A model generated the notes under the pieces. The model was not told the origin of the DNA, ran no database searches, and saw only the letters and a list, made by a program, of their open reading frames with translations. A program made the translations under genes and the position numbers. Positions 30,716 through 40,319 of a DNA stretch of 64,000 nucleotides are shown piece after piece. Origin of the DNA: Candidatus Cloacimonadales bacterium (GTDB lineage Bacteria; Cloacimonadota; Cloacimonadia; Cloacimonadales; JAIOQZ01); the NCBI GenBank assembly GCA_963662655.2, contig CAXXTU010000002.1:3520001-3584000 (forward strand), read 5' to 3'. The stretch's first letter is position 1. Each line of letters begins with the position of its first letter.

Positions 30716-31971
30716 GTGATTCTGCCCTCGCAAAGCGTCATGACGATCTGTCCCTTGAATGTCTGACCGATGAACGGTGTGTTTTTCGATTTCGAAAGCA
30801 TGTTGTCGGTAGTGATTTCCTGCTCAGCGTTCAGGTCGGCGATCGCGATATCGGCGGGGTAACCTTCTTTGATTATGCTCGCTTCGCGCTTGAGGAACAA
30901 TGCCGGCTTCTCCGACATCGAGCGCACGAGCACTTCCAACGGGATCACGCCTGGGATTACGAGGCGATCGTAGAGCGTTGTGAAGGCTGTTTCGAAACCG
31001 TTGATGCCATAAGGGGCCAGCGTGAATTCGCGTGCTTTCTCGAAATCGGCGTGCGGCGCGTGGTCGGTCGCGATGAAATCGATGGTGCCGTCCAGAAGCC
31101 CCTCGATGCAAGCCTGGCGATCCTCTTCCGTACGCAGCGGCGGCTTGACTTTTGTGTTGGTATCGAAGTCTTCGCAGGCGTTCTCCGTAAGCAGCAGATG
31201 ATGCGGTGTTACTTCCGTGGTGATGGAGATGCCTTCGCTTTTTGCCTGCCGGATGAGCTGAACCGAGCGTTTCGTGGAAACGTGCGCGATGTGCACGGCA
31301 CATTTCGTTTTTTCGGCGAACATGATATCGCGCGAGATCATGATTTCTTCCGCCAGTCCGGGGATTCCACCCAGCCCGAGTTTGGTGGACATTCTTCCGG
31401 CGTTGATCTGGCCTTTGCCGGCGAGACTGTAGTCCTCGGCGTGGACGATGACCGGAATGTTGAAGCTCGACGCGTATTTGAGGGCGTTCATCTTGAGCTT
31501 GGCGTTCTGGATGCAGCCGCCGTCATCACTCACCGCGACGATTCCGCCTTCCACCATGGTCGCGATCTCGGCGATCTCTTTACCTTCGGATTTCTTGCTC
31601 AGCGCACCGACAACGAGAACCTTGCAGGAGCCCAGGTCGTTTGCTTTACGCTTGATGTATTCCACGGTGGCGATGTTGTCGACCACCGGCTCGGTGTTCG
31701 CCATGGCGCAGACGGTGGTGAATCCGCCCTTTGCCGCCGCCCTTGTACCGCTGACGATGTCTTCCTTGTAAATCTGACCCGGGTCGCGCAAGTGGCTGTG
31801 GAGGTCGAAGAATCCCGGAAATACATGCTTGCCTTCCGCGTCGATTACCCGATCCGCGTCGGCTGCCAGTTTTTCGCCAATACCTATGATTTTTGTATCT
31901 TCGATCAGGATGTCGAGCTTCTGGAGCGCACCCTGGTAATATATGGTTCCGTTTTTAATGAGTGTAGTCAT
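30700..31971 (-). CDS. pyrC: Dihydroorotase (long type)
   Basis: DLHSHLRDPG, AAKGGFTTVCAMANTEP, EVTPHHL, ATDHAPH, SKSKNTPF. Confidence 0.96.
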   Translation of the reverse strand: MTTLIKNGTIYYQGALQKLDILIEDTKIIGIGEKLAADADRVIDAEGKHVFPGFFDLHSHLRDPGQIYKEDIVSGTRAAAKGGFTTVCAMANTEPVVDNIATVEYIKRKANDLGSCKVLVVGALSKKSEGKEIAEIATMVEGGIVAVSDDGGCIQNAKLKMNALKYASSFNIPVIVHAEDYSLAGKGQINAGRMSTKLGLGGIPGLAEEIMISRDIMFAEKTKCAVHIAHVSTKRSVQLIRQAKSEGISITTEVTPHHLLLTENACEDFDTNTKVKPPLRTEEDRQACIEGLLDGTIDFIATDHAPHADFEKAREFTLAPYGINGFETAFTTLYDRLVIPGVIPLEVLVRSMSEKPALFLKREASIIKEGYPADIAIADLNAEQEITTDNMLSKSKNTPFIGQTFKGQIVMTLCEGRITWEKE

Positions 31972-31990
31972 GATTCATCTCCTTTTGCCA

Positions 31991-32929
31991 TTACATTTCG
32001 CCGCCGAGAAGCAGGAACAGGATTGCCATACGTACCGCAACGCCGTTTGCCACCTGCTCGATGATCAGGCTTTGCTGGCTGTCGGCGATTTCCGGGAGGA
32101 TCTCGATACCGCGGTTCATGGGGCCGGGGTGCATGATGAGTGCGTCTTTCTTGGCCCAGCGGATCGTCTCTTTGGAGAGTACGTAATGACGGGTGTATTC
32201 GTCCAGACTCGGGAAAAGTCCGTCTGCCTGGCGCTCGAACTGCATGCGTAGCCCCATCACCACATCCGCGTCTTTCAGCGCGGTCTTGAGGTCGTATTCC
32301 ACCTTGCAGCCGTAAATCTCGGTAAGGTGTCCCGGGACAAGCGTTCTCGGCCCGCAGACGATCACTTCCGCGCCCAGTTTGCGCATTCCGATCAGGTTGG
32401 ATCGTACCACTCTCGAATGAGCGATGTCGCCCACGATCGCGATCTTGAGTCCTTCGATGCTTCCGCGCTTCTCCCAGATGGAGAAGATGTCCAGAAGGGC
32501 CTGGGTTGGGTGCGCGTGGCGACCGTCGCCGCCGTTGAGAACCGGCTTGCCCGAGTGTTTGTGCACGAGCTGGGGACTTCCCGGGCATCCGTGGCGGATG
32601 ATGTAGAGGTCGATGCCCATCGCGTTGAGCGTGTATACGGTATCCTGAAGGCTTTCGCCTTTGGCCAGGGATGAGGTCTCAGCGGAGAAACTCACCACGT
32701 CGGCGCTGAGGCGATTCGCCGCGAGTTCAAATGACATTCTGGTGCGTGTGCTATTTTCAAAGAAGAGCGTGCAGACCGTCTTACCGCGCAGGGTCGGGAG
32801 CTTTTTATAGGCGCGAAGATTGATGGATTTCATGACTTTGGCAGCCTCGAGAATCGCGTAGATCTCTTCGGGGCTGTAATCATCCAGGTCGAACAGGTTG
32901 CGTCCGACAAAATTGAGTTCGTTGTTCAT
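31991..32929 (-). CDS. pyrB: Aspartate carbamoyltransferase catalytic subunit
   Basis: FFENSTRTR, HPTQALLD, GDIAHSRV, MHPGPMNRG. Confidence 0.98.
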   Translation of the reverse strand: MNNELNFVGRNLFDLDDYSPEEIYAILEAAKVMKSINLRAYKKLPTLRGKTVCTLFFENSTRTRMSFELAANRLSADVVSFSAETSSLAKGESLQDTVYTLNAMGIDLYIIRHGCPGSPQLVHKHSGKPVLNGGDGRHAHPTQALLDIFSIWEKRGSIEGLKIAIVGDIAHSRVVRSNLIGMRKLGAEVIVCGPRTLVPGHLTEIYGCKVEYDLKTALKDADVVMGLRMQFERQADGLFPSLDEYTRHYVLSKETIRWAKKDALIMHPGPMNRGIEILPEIADSQQSLIIEQVANGVAVRMAILFLLLGGEM

Positions 32930-33005
32930 TGTACCTCCATAAAATGATGAAATCGATACACGGGGATGGTGGAGGTCATGGAAGTGTTTTCAGTAGCATC
33001 TTTCC

Positions 33006-33037
33006 TCCTTCTTGCCTCTCAGGACATTGTTAAAGGA
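33006..33037 (-). promoter_or_regulatory. PyrR-binding RNA element in the pyrB leader
   Basis: Minus strand TCCTTTAA-CAATGTCCTGAGAGGC-AAGAAGGA matches the PyrR consensus (CUUUAA...GUCCnGnGAGG...AAG). pyrR is in the same operon. Confidence 0.88.
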
Positions 33038-33230
33038 TTATTTATCGCATTCGCGACATTCAACGTTTTCGAACAATTGCTCTGATGAAATCGAGTGGGC
33101 TGAATATGTCAAGTGAATTCGCCGCAAACCGGGAAGATTTTGGAGTACTATCCGAACGTAATCTCGAAGGCCGGGAAGGATCAATGGAATTGTTTTTTTT
33201 GGGGGAACTCCAGGCAGCCAATCAGCGTAG

Positions 33231-33264
33231 AAAAAGAAAACCGCCTCCGGCATGGAGGCGGTTT
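33231..33264 (-). terminator. Intrinsic terminator after the FG-GAP/CTD gene
   Basis: AAACCGCCTCC-ggcat-GGAGGCGGTTT, followed on the minus strand by a T-rich tract. Confidence 0.85.
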
Positions 33265-33282
33265 CGGTTCGTGTAGAAAGGT

Positions 33283-35481
33283 CTATTTCAAGATCATCAT
33301 CTTCTTCATTTCGGTTGTGTCTGTCGTTTCCATCTTGTAGAAATAGATACCGCTGGAGCAGCTCTTGCCGCTGGCGTCGGTTCCGTTCCATTCGATGGTG
33401 TGAGTCCCGGCGACCTTCACTTCGTCCACCAGGGTACGAACGAGCTGGCCGCGTGTGTTGTAAACCTTAATGCTCACGGCTGAATCGTCTGCGATCGAGT
33501 AGTTGATCGTTGTGTGAGGATTGAAGGGATTGGGCGTGTTCTGGCCGAGGGTTGTCGTGAGGAACACCGGCGGTTCTTCCGGGTCTTCTTCGTTGTACGT
33601 GATCGTAACGGTAGTTGGCCCGTACAATGAGGATATTCCGTTCATTTCAACCGCTTCCAGCCAGTAGCTGTAGGTTGCGTCTTCTTCGACATCGACGTCG
33701 TTGAAGAGGTAGTTGTTTCCGTTCGGGCTGTTGCCTGCAACGATGAGGCTGGCGTTGATCATCATGGCGTCTTCGAGGAGGCCGTTCTCCGCGCGAAGCA
33801 CGCGGTAGCCGAGCATGTCGCTCTCGGACTGGGTGGTCCAGTTGAGCATCACGGAGTTTCCTGCGGAGAGGGTCGCCGTGAAGCTGGAGAGCTCGACCGG
33901 CAGGGTCGTGCCTTCGCCGTTGTTGACCACGAAGTGCTCGCCGCCGTCGCGCAGCGCGGTATCGAATGTCCAGGTGAAGGTTGCGGTGTGTAGTACATTG
34001 TCCCATTCAACGGCTTCGACCTCAGACCATTCTCCTCCACTATTCCAGACGATCTCGGTCGGAGAGAAGGGCAGGCCGCTGAAATGCAGGACGAGCTGGA
34101 CCGGCTGGCTGGTTCCGGTGACGGTCACCCGGTAGGTGAGGGCCGCGTTTTCTGGAACGATCACGTTCTCGTTTCCGGGCACCACGACGATATCCACCGT
34201 GATGGTCGCGCCGGACTCGCTTGGGTTGACATCCACGTCCGGATCGACCACAACCGCGCCGTTGCCGTCGTAGTCATAGGCATCGAGAGGCTCGACATCC
34301 ACAGCCAACGGGTCGTCGTCTGCCGGAGTACCGGAGGCTTCGCCGGTGCCGGGGAGTGAGCAATCAAAAGCGAAAACGCATTTCTCAACTTCACCCACAA
34401 ACACTTCGTTACCGATCAATATCCTACTGCCAGAAATTGCTAATTCGGATCCAAAATTTTCGCTTGCCTGGGGTGTGTCTGAAACCAGCTTCTGCGTGTT
34501 TACCCAAGATGTCCCATCCCAATAGAAGAGGTATGCCGCTCCAGCATTAGAACAACCATCTACATAGGACGAAGATGCACTGACAAGCACATAGTCCCCA
34601 TCAATAGCCACTTCCTGGCCATAATAGGAACCAGGAAGACCTCCATCCGGTACCAGTGACGAAACCAGGTTCCACTCCGTCCCGTTTCTTTCAAAAGCAT
34701 AGGCATTACTCAGGTTCGCTCCCCCCACGACGACTCGATCTCCGGATATGGAGACTGTTGAACCGTAGTTTTTATTGGTTGCTTGTGCACCGTAGGGAAG
34801 TGTGTCCTGGAACTCCCAGTTGGTTCCATTCCAATGATAAACATACGCAAGGCCTGCATAAAGCCCGTATGTGTTATCGCCAGAAGCTCCGATAACCAGA
34901 TAATCTCCATCGATCGCGAGAGCTCGTCCGAAATAGATGGTGGAAGGAATGGTGTCCATCAAAGTATCCACGAGTACCCATGACGTGCCGTCATAGTGGT
35001 AAACATTCACACCATCGTAAATACGCGTTCCGACGAACAAGAAATCACCTTCAACACAGACGGTATAGCCAAAGTTGCTGAAAAAACTACCTGTGATTTT
35101 CTGTACCTGGGTTCCGTCCCAAGTATGGACATATACGGCTCCTGAGCCACTACCGTATGCTCCAACGAATATGAAATCGTCGTTGAAGCAGGCATCGTAG
35201 CCGTAATAGTCGTAGGCCTCTCCATCATTGGGTTGAAGAGTCATGCTCAAATCCCAGCTCGTCCCACTGTGATGGTAAACATACGCGACTCCGGTGGCAA
35301 TGTCGGAATCATCCTGCGCAGTCATGTCGCCTATGATTGCGTAATCACCTTCCATGTAGATGTTCGATGGAAAGTCGACCACCCCTTCTGGACTATCAAG
35401 TTGCTGCTTCTGGGTCCACTCGGCAGAGAGGCTAGCTGAAACAAGTAGAGTTGCAATTAGGATCAAGAATGCTTTTCTCAT
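33283..35481 (-). CDS. Secreted FG-GAP beta-propeller protein with FlgD-Ig / T9SS type-A-like C-terminal domain
   Basis: Signal peptide from ATG 35481 (AGGAG RBS). About seven FG-GAP repeats (FG..lAIdGD.lviGA...G.AYVY). TLPVELSSFTA, NPFNP.T.I.Y...SSGIYFYKM...KKMMILK. Confidence 0.88.
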   Translation of the reverse strand: MRKAFLILIATLLVSASLSAEWTQKQQLDSPEGVVDFPSNIYMEGDYAIIGDMTAQDDSDIATGVAYVYHHSGTSWDLSMTLQPNDGEAYDYYGYDACFNDDFIFVGAYGSGSGAVYVHTWDGTQVQKITGSFFSNFGYTVCVEGDFLFVGTRIYDGVNVYHYDGTSWVLVDTLMDTIPSTIYFGRALAIDGDYLVIGASGDNTYGLYAGLAYVYHWNGTNWEFQDTLPYGAQATNKNYGSTVSISGDRVVVGGANLSNAYAFERNGTEWNLVSSLVPDGGLPGSYYGQEVAIDGDYVLVSASSSYVDGCSNAGAAYLFYWDGTSWVNTQKLVSDTPQASENFGSELAISGSRILIGNEVFVGEVEKCVFAFDCSLPGTGEASGTPADDDPLAVDVEPLDAYDYDGNGAVVVDPDVDVNPSESGATITVDIVVVPGNENVIVPENAALTYRVTVTGTSQPVQLVLHFSGLPFSPTEIVWNSGGEWSEVEAVEWDNVLHTATFTWTFDTALRDGGEHFVVNNGEGTTLPVELSSFTATLSAGNSVMLNWTTQSESDMLGYRVLRAENGLLEDAMMINASLIVAGNSPNGNNYLFNDVDVEEDATYSYWLEAVEMNGISSLYGPTTVTITYNEEDPEEPPVFLTTTLGQNTPNPFNPHTTINYSIADDSAVSIKVYNTRGQLVRTLVDEVKVAGTHTIEWNGTDASGKSCSSGIYFYKMETTDTTEMKKMMILK

Positions 35482-35727
35482 TTTGGCGCTCCTTTTCATA
35501 TTCTGTTTCGATCATAAATACTTCCCGTTACTGCACCAAAATGTTTTCAGTACGATAATTGTACCGGCAGGAAATCAGGCAATCATTTTTTAGTAAAAAA
35601 TTTTCATAAAATGAGGCGAATTCATTGAGTTGTTGTAAGATGTCCCCATATGTAAGCTTATGATTGTGGGCTCGTCGCGTCAATTTGTCAATGCATAAAT
35701 AGTTAGCAAATCACGGAATATGTGCTG

Positions 35728-35762
35728 AAAAAAAAAGACCGAGCAGATGGCTGCCCGGTCTC
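35728..35762 (-). terminator. Intrinsic terminator after pgsW
   Basis: AGACCGAGCAG-atgg-CTGCCCGGTCT hairpin with an A9 run on its left. Confidence 0.8.
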
Positions 35763-35781
35763 TATACTATATAACGAACGA

Positions 35782-36909
35782 CTACAGGTCGTCCTCGACA
35801 TTGACTACGTTCTGTGTAAAGTGCCGGTCTTTTCGATCGAGGAACACCACCAGTATTAGCGCTAACAGAATAATCGCTAATGCAATGGCTGCTACAGTTA
35901 CGTTGCGGCGCTTCGATTCGAAAACTGAGCCGGTACCGACTTCGGGAAGCGGCTCCGGATCGACAGGCATATTGTAGCGCTCGGCCAGCTTCACGATGTC
36001 GTAAAGGTGGACGACCGGCATTGTTTCGGCGAACTTCATCATGACGCCCGGGTCGTCGAACTCGAGCTTGATGAGGGATGCGTTAGCCCCGTTGGGGACG
36101 ATCTTCGCGTTCTCGAGCGATCCGACGCTACCGTATCCGCCGCCGATGTTGATGTAGGCCGCGTATTTCTCACGAGCGGGAAGGAAACGCTGGTAAGCGC
36201 TCCATCTTTGCTGTGCTACGGTTGTTTCGCTATCCTTGAGAACCAGAAGTTCGTTGGGGTTGAGGCCATTTCTGCGGATCGCTTCACGGATCAGTTTGCG
36301 TCCGTTGGAGCCAACTCCGCCGCCACGGTCTTTGTATCCGCCAAGCGACGCGAGGCGCGAGCGGAACGAGATGAGGCCTTTTCCGTAGAGCACTCTTTCC
36401 ATGTCCAGCCAGGTGAAATCGTCGCGGTTGGCGCCAAATTCGGCTGAACCGACCGATGTAATGATCACGGGGCGGAGCTTCATGGTTTCCATCGCGGCAT
36501 AGAGCGCGAGGTTCGCGCCCGGATTCGCTCCGGTGAGTCCGACAGCAACCAGATCGAGGGAATCGACCTTCGCTTCGCGCAGGAATTCCACCATCATGGC
36601 GGCCATGTTCGGGTTGAGCGCTGTTAGGCGCTGCGAGAGCCCGCCGTAACTCGTGGTTATCGAGGAACTATCGCGCATGACGCCGATGAGGCCCGTGAGG
36701 TTGGGATCGTTGTTCTCGTCGATGGAGTACCCGAGATCGACGACTTCATCCTTGAGGACGTTCATGCATTTCTGCATGCGTTCGGCAGCAGCTATCTTTA
36801 CAGGGTCCTGCACCGTCGTGTACGTGCTCTGGCTGATGACATATAGTATCAGGGCCAGTACGGACAGTCCGATGAGCGACCAGATTGAACGAAGTGATGG
36901 ACGAAACAT
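35782..36909 (-). CDS. pgsW: Poly-gamma-glutamate system protein PgsW
   Basis: DPNLTGLIG...ITTS.G, NPNMAA, SVGSAEFGANR..FTWLDME, ASLGG, INIGGG. N- and C-terminal TM segments. Follows pgsC. Confidence 0.88.
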   Translation of the reverse strand: MFRPSLRSIWSLIGLSVLALILYVISQSTYTTVQDPVKIAAAERMQKCMNVLKDEVVDLGYSIDENNDPNLTGLIGVMRDSSSITTSYGGLSQRLTALNPNMAAMMVEFLREAKVDSLDLVAVGLTGANPGANLALYAAMETMKLRPVIITSVGSAEFGANRDDFTWLDMERVLYGKGLISFRSRLASLGGYKDRGGGVGSNGRKLIREAIRRNGLNPNELLVLKDSETTVAQQRWSAYQRFLPAREKYAAYINIGGGYGSVGSLENAKIVPNGANASLIKLEFDDPGVMMKFAETMPVVHLYDIVKLAERYNMPVDPEPLPEVGTGSVFESKRRNVTVAAIALAIILLALILVVFLDRKDRHFTQNVVNVEDDL

Positions 36910-36911
36910 GA

Positions 36912-37349
36912 TTAGAACCTCCCCGGGAAGATGATCATGAGTATCAACCGTACGATGACCGCTGCGAGAAACATGCTGGAAAGCGTGCGCCAGATGCCCT
37001 GGCGTTCCATCCAGTTAGCGATCAGACCGGGGATGATGTAACCGATCGAGTGAAACTTCACATCCACGGGCATCAGATGGAAAACCACCGACGAAGCCCA
37101 TCCGAAAATGAAACCGATCAGGATACTGAGAACCATTCGACGTTTCCCGTACAACAGGGTAAAATTAGAAACCAGCTTGATGACCAGCAGCGTAGCGAAG
37201 CTGACCACTAAAGTACCGATAATAAATCCGGGCTTGTCCAGATACATGGCAATGTAACCCGGTACAACGATTCCGCCAGCGGAAGCGCCCAGCAATTCGC
37301 TGAACACCAGGCTGACGATGACGCCTAAACCAACGGCCGCTTCAACCAT
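36912..37349 (-). CDS. pgsC: Poly-gamma-glutamate biosynthesis protein PgsC/CapC
   Basis: AGGIVVPGYIA, LYGKRR, IGYIIPGLIANWMERQG. Confidence 0.95.
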   Translation of the reverse strand: MVEAAVGLGVIVSLVFSELLGASAGGIVVPGYIAMYLDKPGFIIGTLVVSFATLLVIKLVSNFTLLYGKRRMVLSILIGFIFGWASSVVFHLMPVDVKFHSIGYIIPGLIANWMERQGIWRTLSSMFLAAVIVRLILMIIFPGRF

Positions 37350-38523
37350 TGATTCCTCCTTGGGATTTCAACTTGAAATATTTAACGATCTGAGCGCCGT
37401 ATTTGATGCGCCCAGCGATGTTACCGATTGCAAAAATATGGCATTCCTTTTTAACCAGCGAATAGATTTTGTTATAGACGATTTCCGGATCGTCCTCGGC
37501 CATTATAATCAGCTTCTGGCGCGAGATTCCCTTTTCCTTGGCGTAGGACGCGAGCTGAAAGGTTCTCTCTCCGGTCAGGACAAGGTAATCGAAATCGAGG
37601 CCCTTGCTGACATCGACAAGCTGTTTAGAGCGGAAGAAGCGATCGCTTCTCGTATTGAGGATGATGACCTTCTCGACCTTGTCCAGCGGTTTGATGATCG
37701 AGTTCCAGATCATGACGGTCGAGTCGGGATCGTTCGCCGCGAAAACGTTGTAGAAGAACAGCTTCTTGCCTTTGTCCTCGATGTAGTACCGTTTGAGCGC
37801 ACCCGGGTCGGGCCGGGAGGTCTGCATACCCTTCAGGGCTTTTTCCCTCGAGACTCCGAGCTCTTCGCAGATCGAGAGCGCCAGCGTGACGTTCTCTTTG
37901 TGCTCGATGTAGTTGAAACGGAGCAGCTCCTCATCGGTGACCGTGTGCTTGGGAACCTGGACCATCCTGGTGTGGCGTCTCTTCGCAACCTCTTGCATGA
38001 TGTAGAACTGGTCGACTTCCGAAGTGTAGCAAACGCCGTTTTTCGATAGGGTGTTGCACAAGCTCCGGGTGATGCTTTCCAGTGTGTTTCCCATCAGGTC
38101 CATGTGGTCCATGCGGGAATTTGTGATGACGCCGATGGTCGATTTGACGAACATTTTCTCGGTGATCCACTGGTAAAGCGGATTGACCGCCATGCACTCG
38201 ATGACGATCGCGTCCGGCTTTCGCTTCGCTGAATAACGGAATACGTACTTCTGTTCGATGATGTTCGCGTTGGCAAGCCGCTCGATGGAGGCTTCCGTCC
38301 CATCTTCCAGGATCATGCGAGGCATGGTTCCTGTCGTTTTGGCGATGGTTTTCACACCGCCGGCTCGTAGTCCTGACGCGATCAATCGTGTAACGCTCGA
38401 CTTTCCACGGGTACCGTTGACATGAACACGAATGGGAATTTCCGCCACATTCTTGGCGTGGCGGTAATACTCTAGCATGAAGAAGGCGATCAAAATGATT
38501 GTCGCCAGAATCAATATGAACAT
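37342..38523 (-). CDS. pgsB: Poly-gamma-glutamate synthase PgsB/CapB
   Basis: IRVHVNGTRGKSSVTRLI, AKTTGT, ANIIEQ, IECMAVNP, DHMDLMG, FAANDP.ST. Confidence 0.96.
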   Translation of the reverse strand: MFILILATIILIAFFMLEYYRHAKNVAEIPIRVHVNGTRGKSSVTRLIASGLRAGGVKTIAKTTGTMPRMILEDGTEASIERLANANIIEQKYVFRYSAKRKPDAIVIECMAVNPLYQWITEKMFVKSTIGVITNSRMDHMDLMGNTLESITRSLCNTLSKNGVCYTSEVDQFYIMQEVAKRRHTRMVQVPKHTVTDEELLRFNYIEHKENVTLALSICEELGVSREKALKGMQTSRPDPGALKRYYIEDKGKKLFFYNVFAANDPDSTVMIWNSIIKPLDKVEKVIILNTRSDRFFRSKQLVDVSKGLDFDYLVLTGERTFQLASYAKEKGISRQKLIIMAEDDPEIVYNKIYSLVKKECHIFAIGNIAGRIKYGAQIVKYFKLKSQGGING

Positions 38524-38719
38524 GAATACCTCGGTCTTGATCTATACCTGAAAATCAGGTTTCCCTTTATACTGCAAAATATATTCCAGTTTCCAGCCAC
38601 GAGGGACATAAATGGCAGGTTTCGTTACGATGGATTTTCGTCAATGTTTTATCTTTACGCCATTTTTATTTGACTGTTGCATTCCGTTTTCAAATCTTGC
38701 CTGAAAGGAGTCCTGACAC

Positions 38720-40249
38720 ATGCGCATGAACGTCGCTTTGATTACGGTTGCACTGCTGATGCTCGCTTTCGTCTGCCCGGCATTTGAGCCAACGTCTTCT
38801 CATTTCACGAAATCCAGTGGCTTCGAGGCCTATCAAAGCTGGCTCCGCAACGGCGAAATGTATAACGATACTCCGGCTTCGCTCGACGCGACCTCGATCA
38901 AGATGACCTACTATTCAGGTGATGGTGCGCCCGTGCGCGTCGGATTCGTCATCGAAAGAGGATTGCTGGCGGAGAACACGGAGATATGGACGGAGTACGG
39001 TGAGAGCCATCCCAACGATCCTGTGATGAAGGCCTTGGGCGCTTTTCTTTTCAACCTCAACTGCGATAACCCCGAGTTCTTTCTGCACTACGTGTATATG
39101 AAGGAAGTTCAGATCGAGCAGGACGACCGATACATCTCCGCCGATACGCTCTACGCTCGTTTGAATGGGCGCAGAATGATTCCCCAAGTGATTTCCTTCG
39201 AGCATTCGGGTGGTACTCGGATACGCATCGAGGGAACCGTCGATTTCACAATCATGTTCGATATAAAAGCTAATTGGAGAGATGCGGAAGCCGTTATCCC
39301 GCAGCTTGACGGTCGGGAACCGGTTCAGCGAAGGCAGCCGCGCACGGTTGTCGTGAAGCCGGATCGGGTCAGGGCTCCGGCGACGGTGACGGAGGAGCAG
39401 GAGCCGGAGGATGCGATCACCGAGCCCGAGCCTCCCAAAGAGACGCCCGGGAAGAAGTGGGAGCCGAAGCCGTCGCGGGAGGTGGCGACGATGGTCCAGG
39501 CCTCGGATCTGCCCAATATTCGCACGACATCCCTGGAAGAGATGCTGGAAGCCTATTCGGATCGAATCCTGACGCGCAAGGTATTGCAAAATCAGGTGAA
39601 GGATCCGGCGCAGTTCATACGCGAAGAGTTCCCCGATTACCGCATCGACATCGAGAACAATCGCTACCGGATCAATCACGACCGTTACGACAACATGCTC
39701 TACTCGGAGATCGACGTCTATTCAACCATACTCTCCGACGGGGTTCAGATTTCATCGATGAGCGATTACGCCATCGAGGGCCGGAACATCGTTCTTCCCA
39801 GTGGGGAGAGGATTACCACCGGCAATCTGAGCGATGAGGAGATCGAAATGATCGCGCCGAACCTGGTCGCCCTGTGCAATCAGCACCGCTCGCTGGGGAA
39901 GCGACTGATACATTTCCTGCTGACGCCGGACGCCGCTTCCACGACACTGGTACTGAAGGGCAACGAGAGAAAGCTGTACGAGATGCACAGCTATCTGCAA
40001 TTGCTGTTGTTACTGAACCACTGGTGGCAGGATCGCACCGTGTTCTTCAGCATCACGGAAGTAAAGAAAGTAAACGATTACATCGAATTCCGTGGTAATC
40101 TGGTTGCCAGGAAGAACGACGACCACGGCCGGTTCGATTTTGCCGAAGTCCGGTTCCATCTCAATCAATACTACCGCATCGACCTTGCTATGATGTTTTT
40201 AACCCCCGATTCGGTGATGGTTAGTGGCGAGTCTATACTTCAGGAATGA
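38720..40249 (+). CDS. Hypothetical secreted protein with a Pro/Glu-rich linker
   Basis: AGGAG RBS, signal peptide, 509-aa ORF, central EEQEPEDAITEPEPPKETPG linker. Confidence 0.75.
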   Translation: MRMNVALITVALLMLAFVCPAFEPTSSHFTKSSGFEAYQSWLRNGEMYNDTPASLDATSIKMTYYSGDGAPVRVGFVIERGLLAENTEIWTEYGESHPNDPVMKALGAFLFNLNCDNPEFFLHYVYMKEVQIEQDDRYISADTLYARLNGRRMIPQVISFEHSGGTRIRIEGTVDFTIMFDIKANWRDAEAVIPQLDGREPVQRRQPRTVVVKPDRVRAPATVTEEQEPEDAITEPEPPKETPGKKWEPKPSREVATMVQASDLPNIRTTSLEEMLEAYSDRILTRKVLQNQVKDPAQFIREEFPDYRIDIENNRYRINHDRYDNMLYSEIDVYSTILSDGVQISSMSDYAIEGRNIVLPSGERITTGNLSDEEIEMIAPNLVALCNQHRSLGKRLIHFLLTPDAASTTLVLKGNERKLYEMHSYLQLLLLLNHWWQDRTVFFSITEVKKVNDYIEFRGNLVARKNDDHGRFDFAEVRFHLNQYYRIDLAMMFLTPDSVMVSGESILQE

Positions 40250-40257
40250 AATCATCG

Positions 40258-40286
40258 TTGACAGCGGGTGTATCGTTTGGTAACAT
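40258..40286 (+). promoter_or_regulatory. Sigma70 promoter for tatD
   Basis: TTGACA-N17-TAACAT with an extended -10 TG. Confidence 0.65.
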
Positions 40287-40319
40287 TTTTCCTGATTTCA
40301 ATGTACACTGGAGATATCA

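Noticed and set aside
33038..33391. 117-aa ORF or leader peptide before pyrB
   Set aside because: Overlaps the upstream gene in another frame and crosses its terminator.
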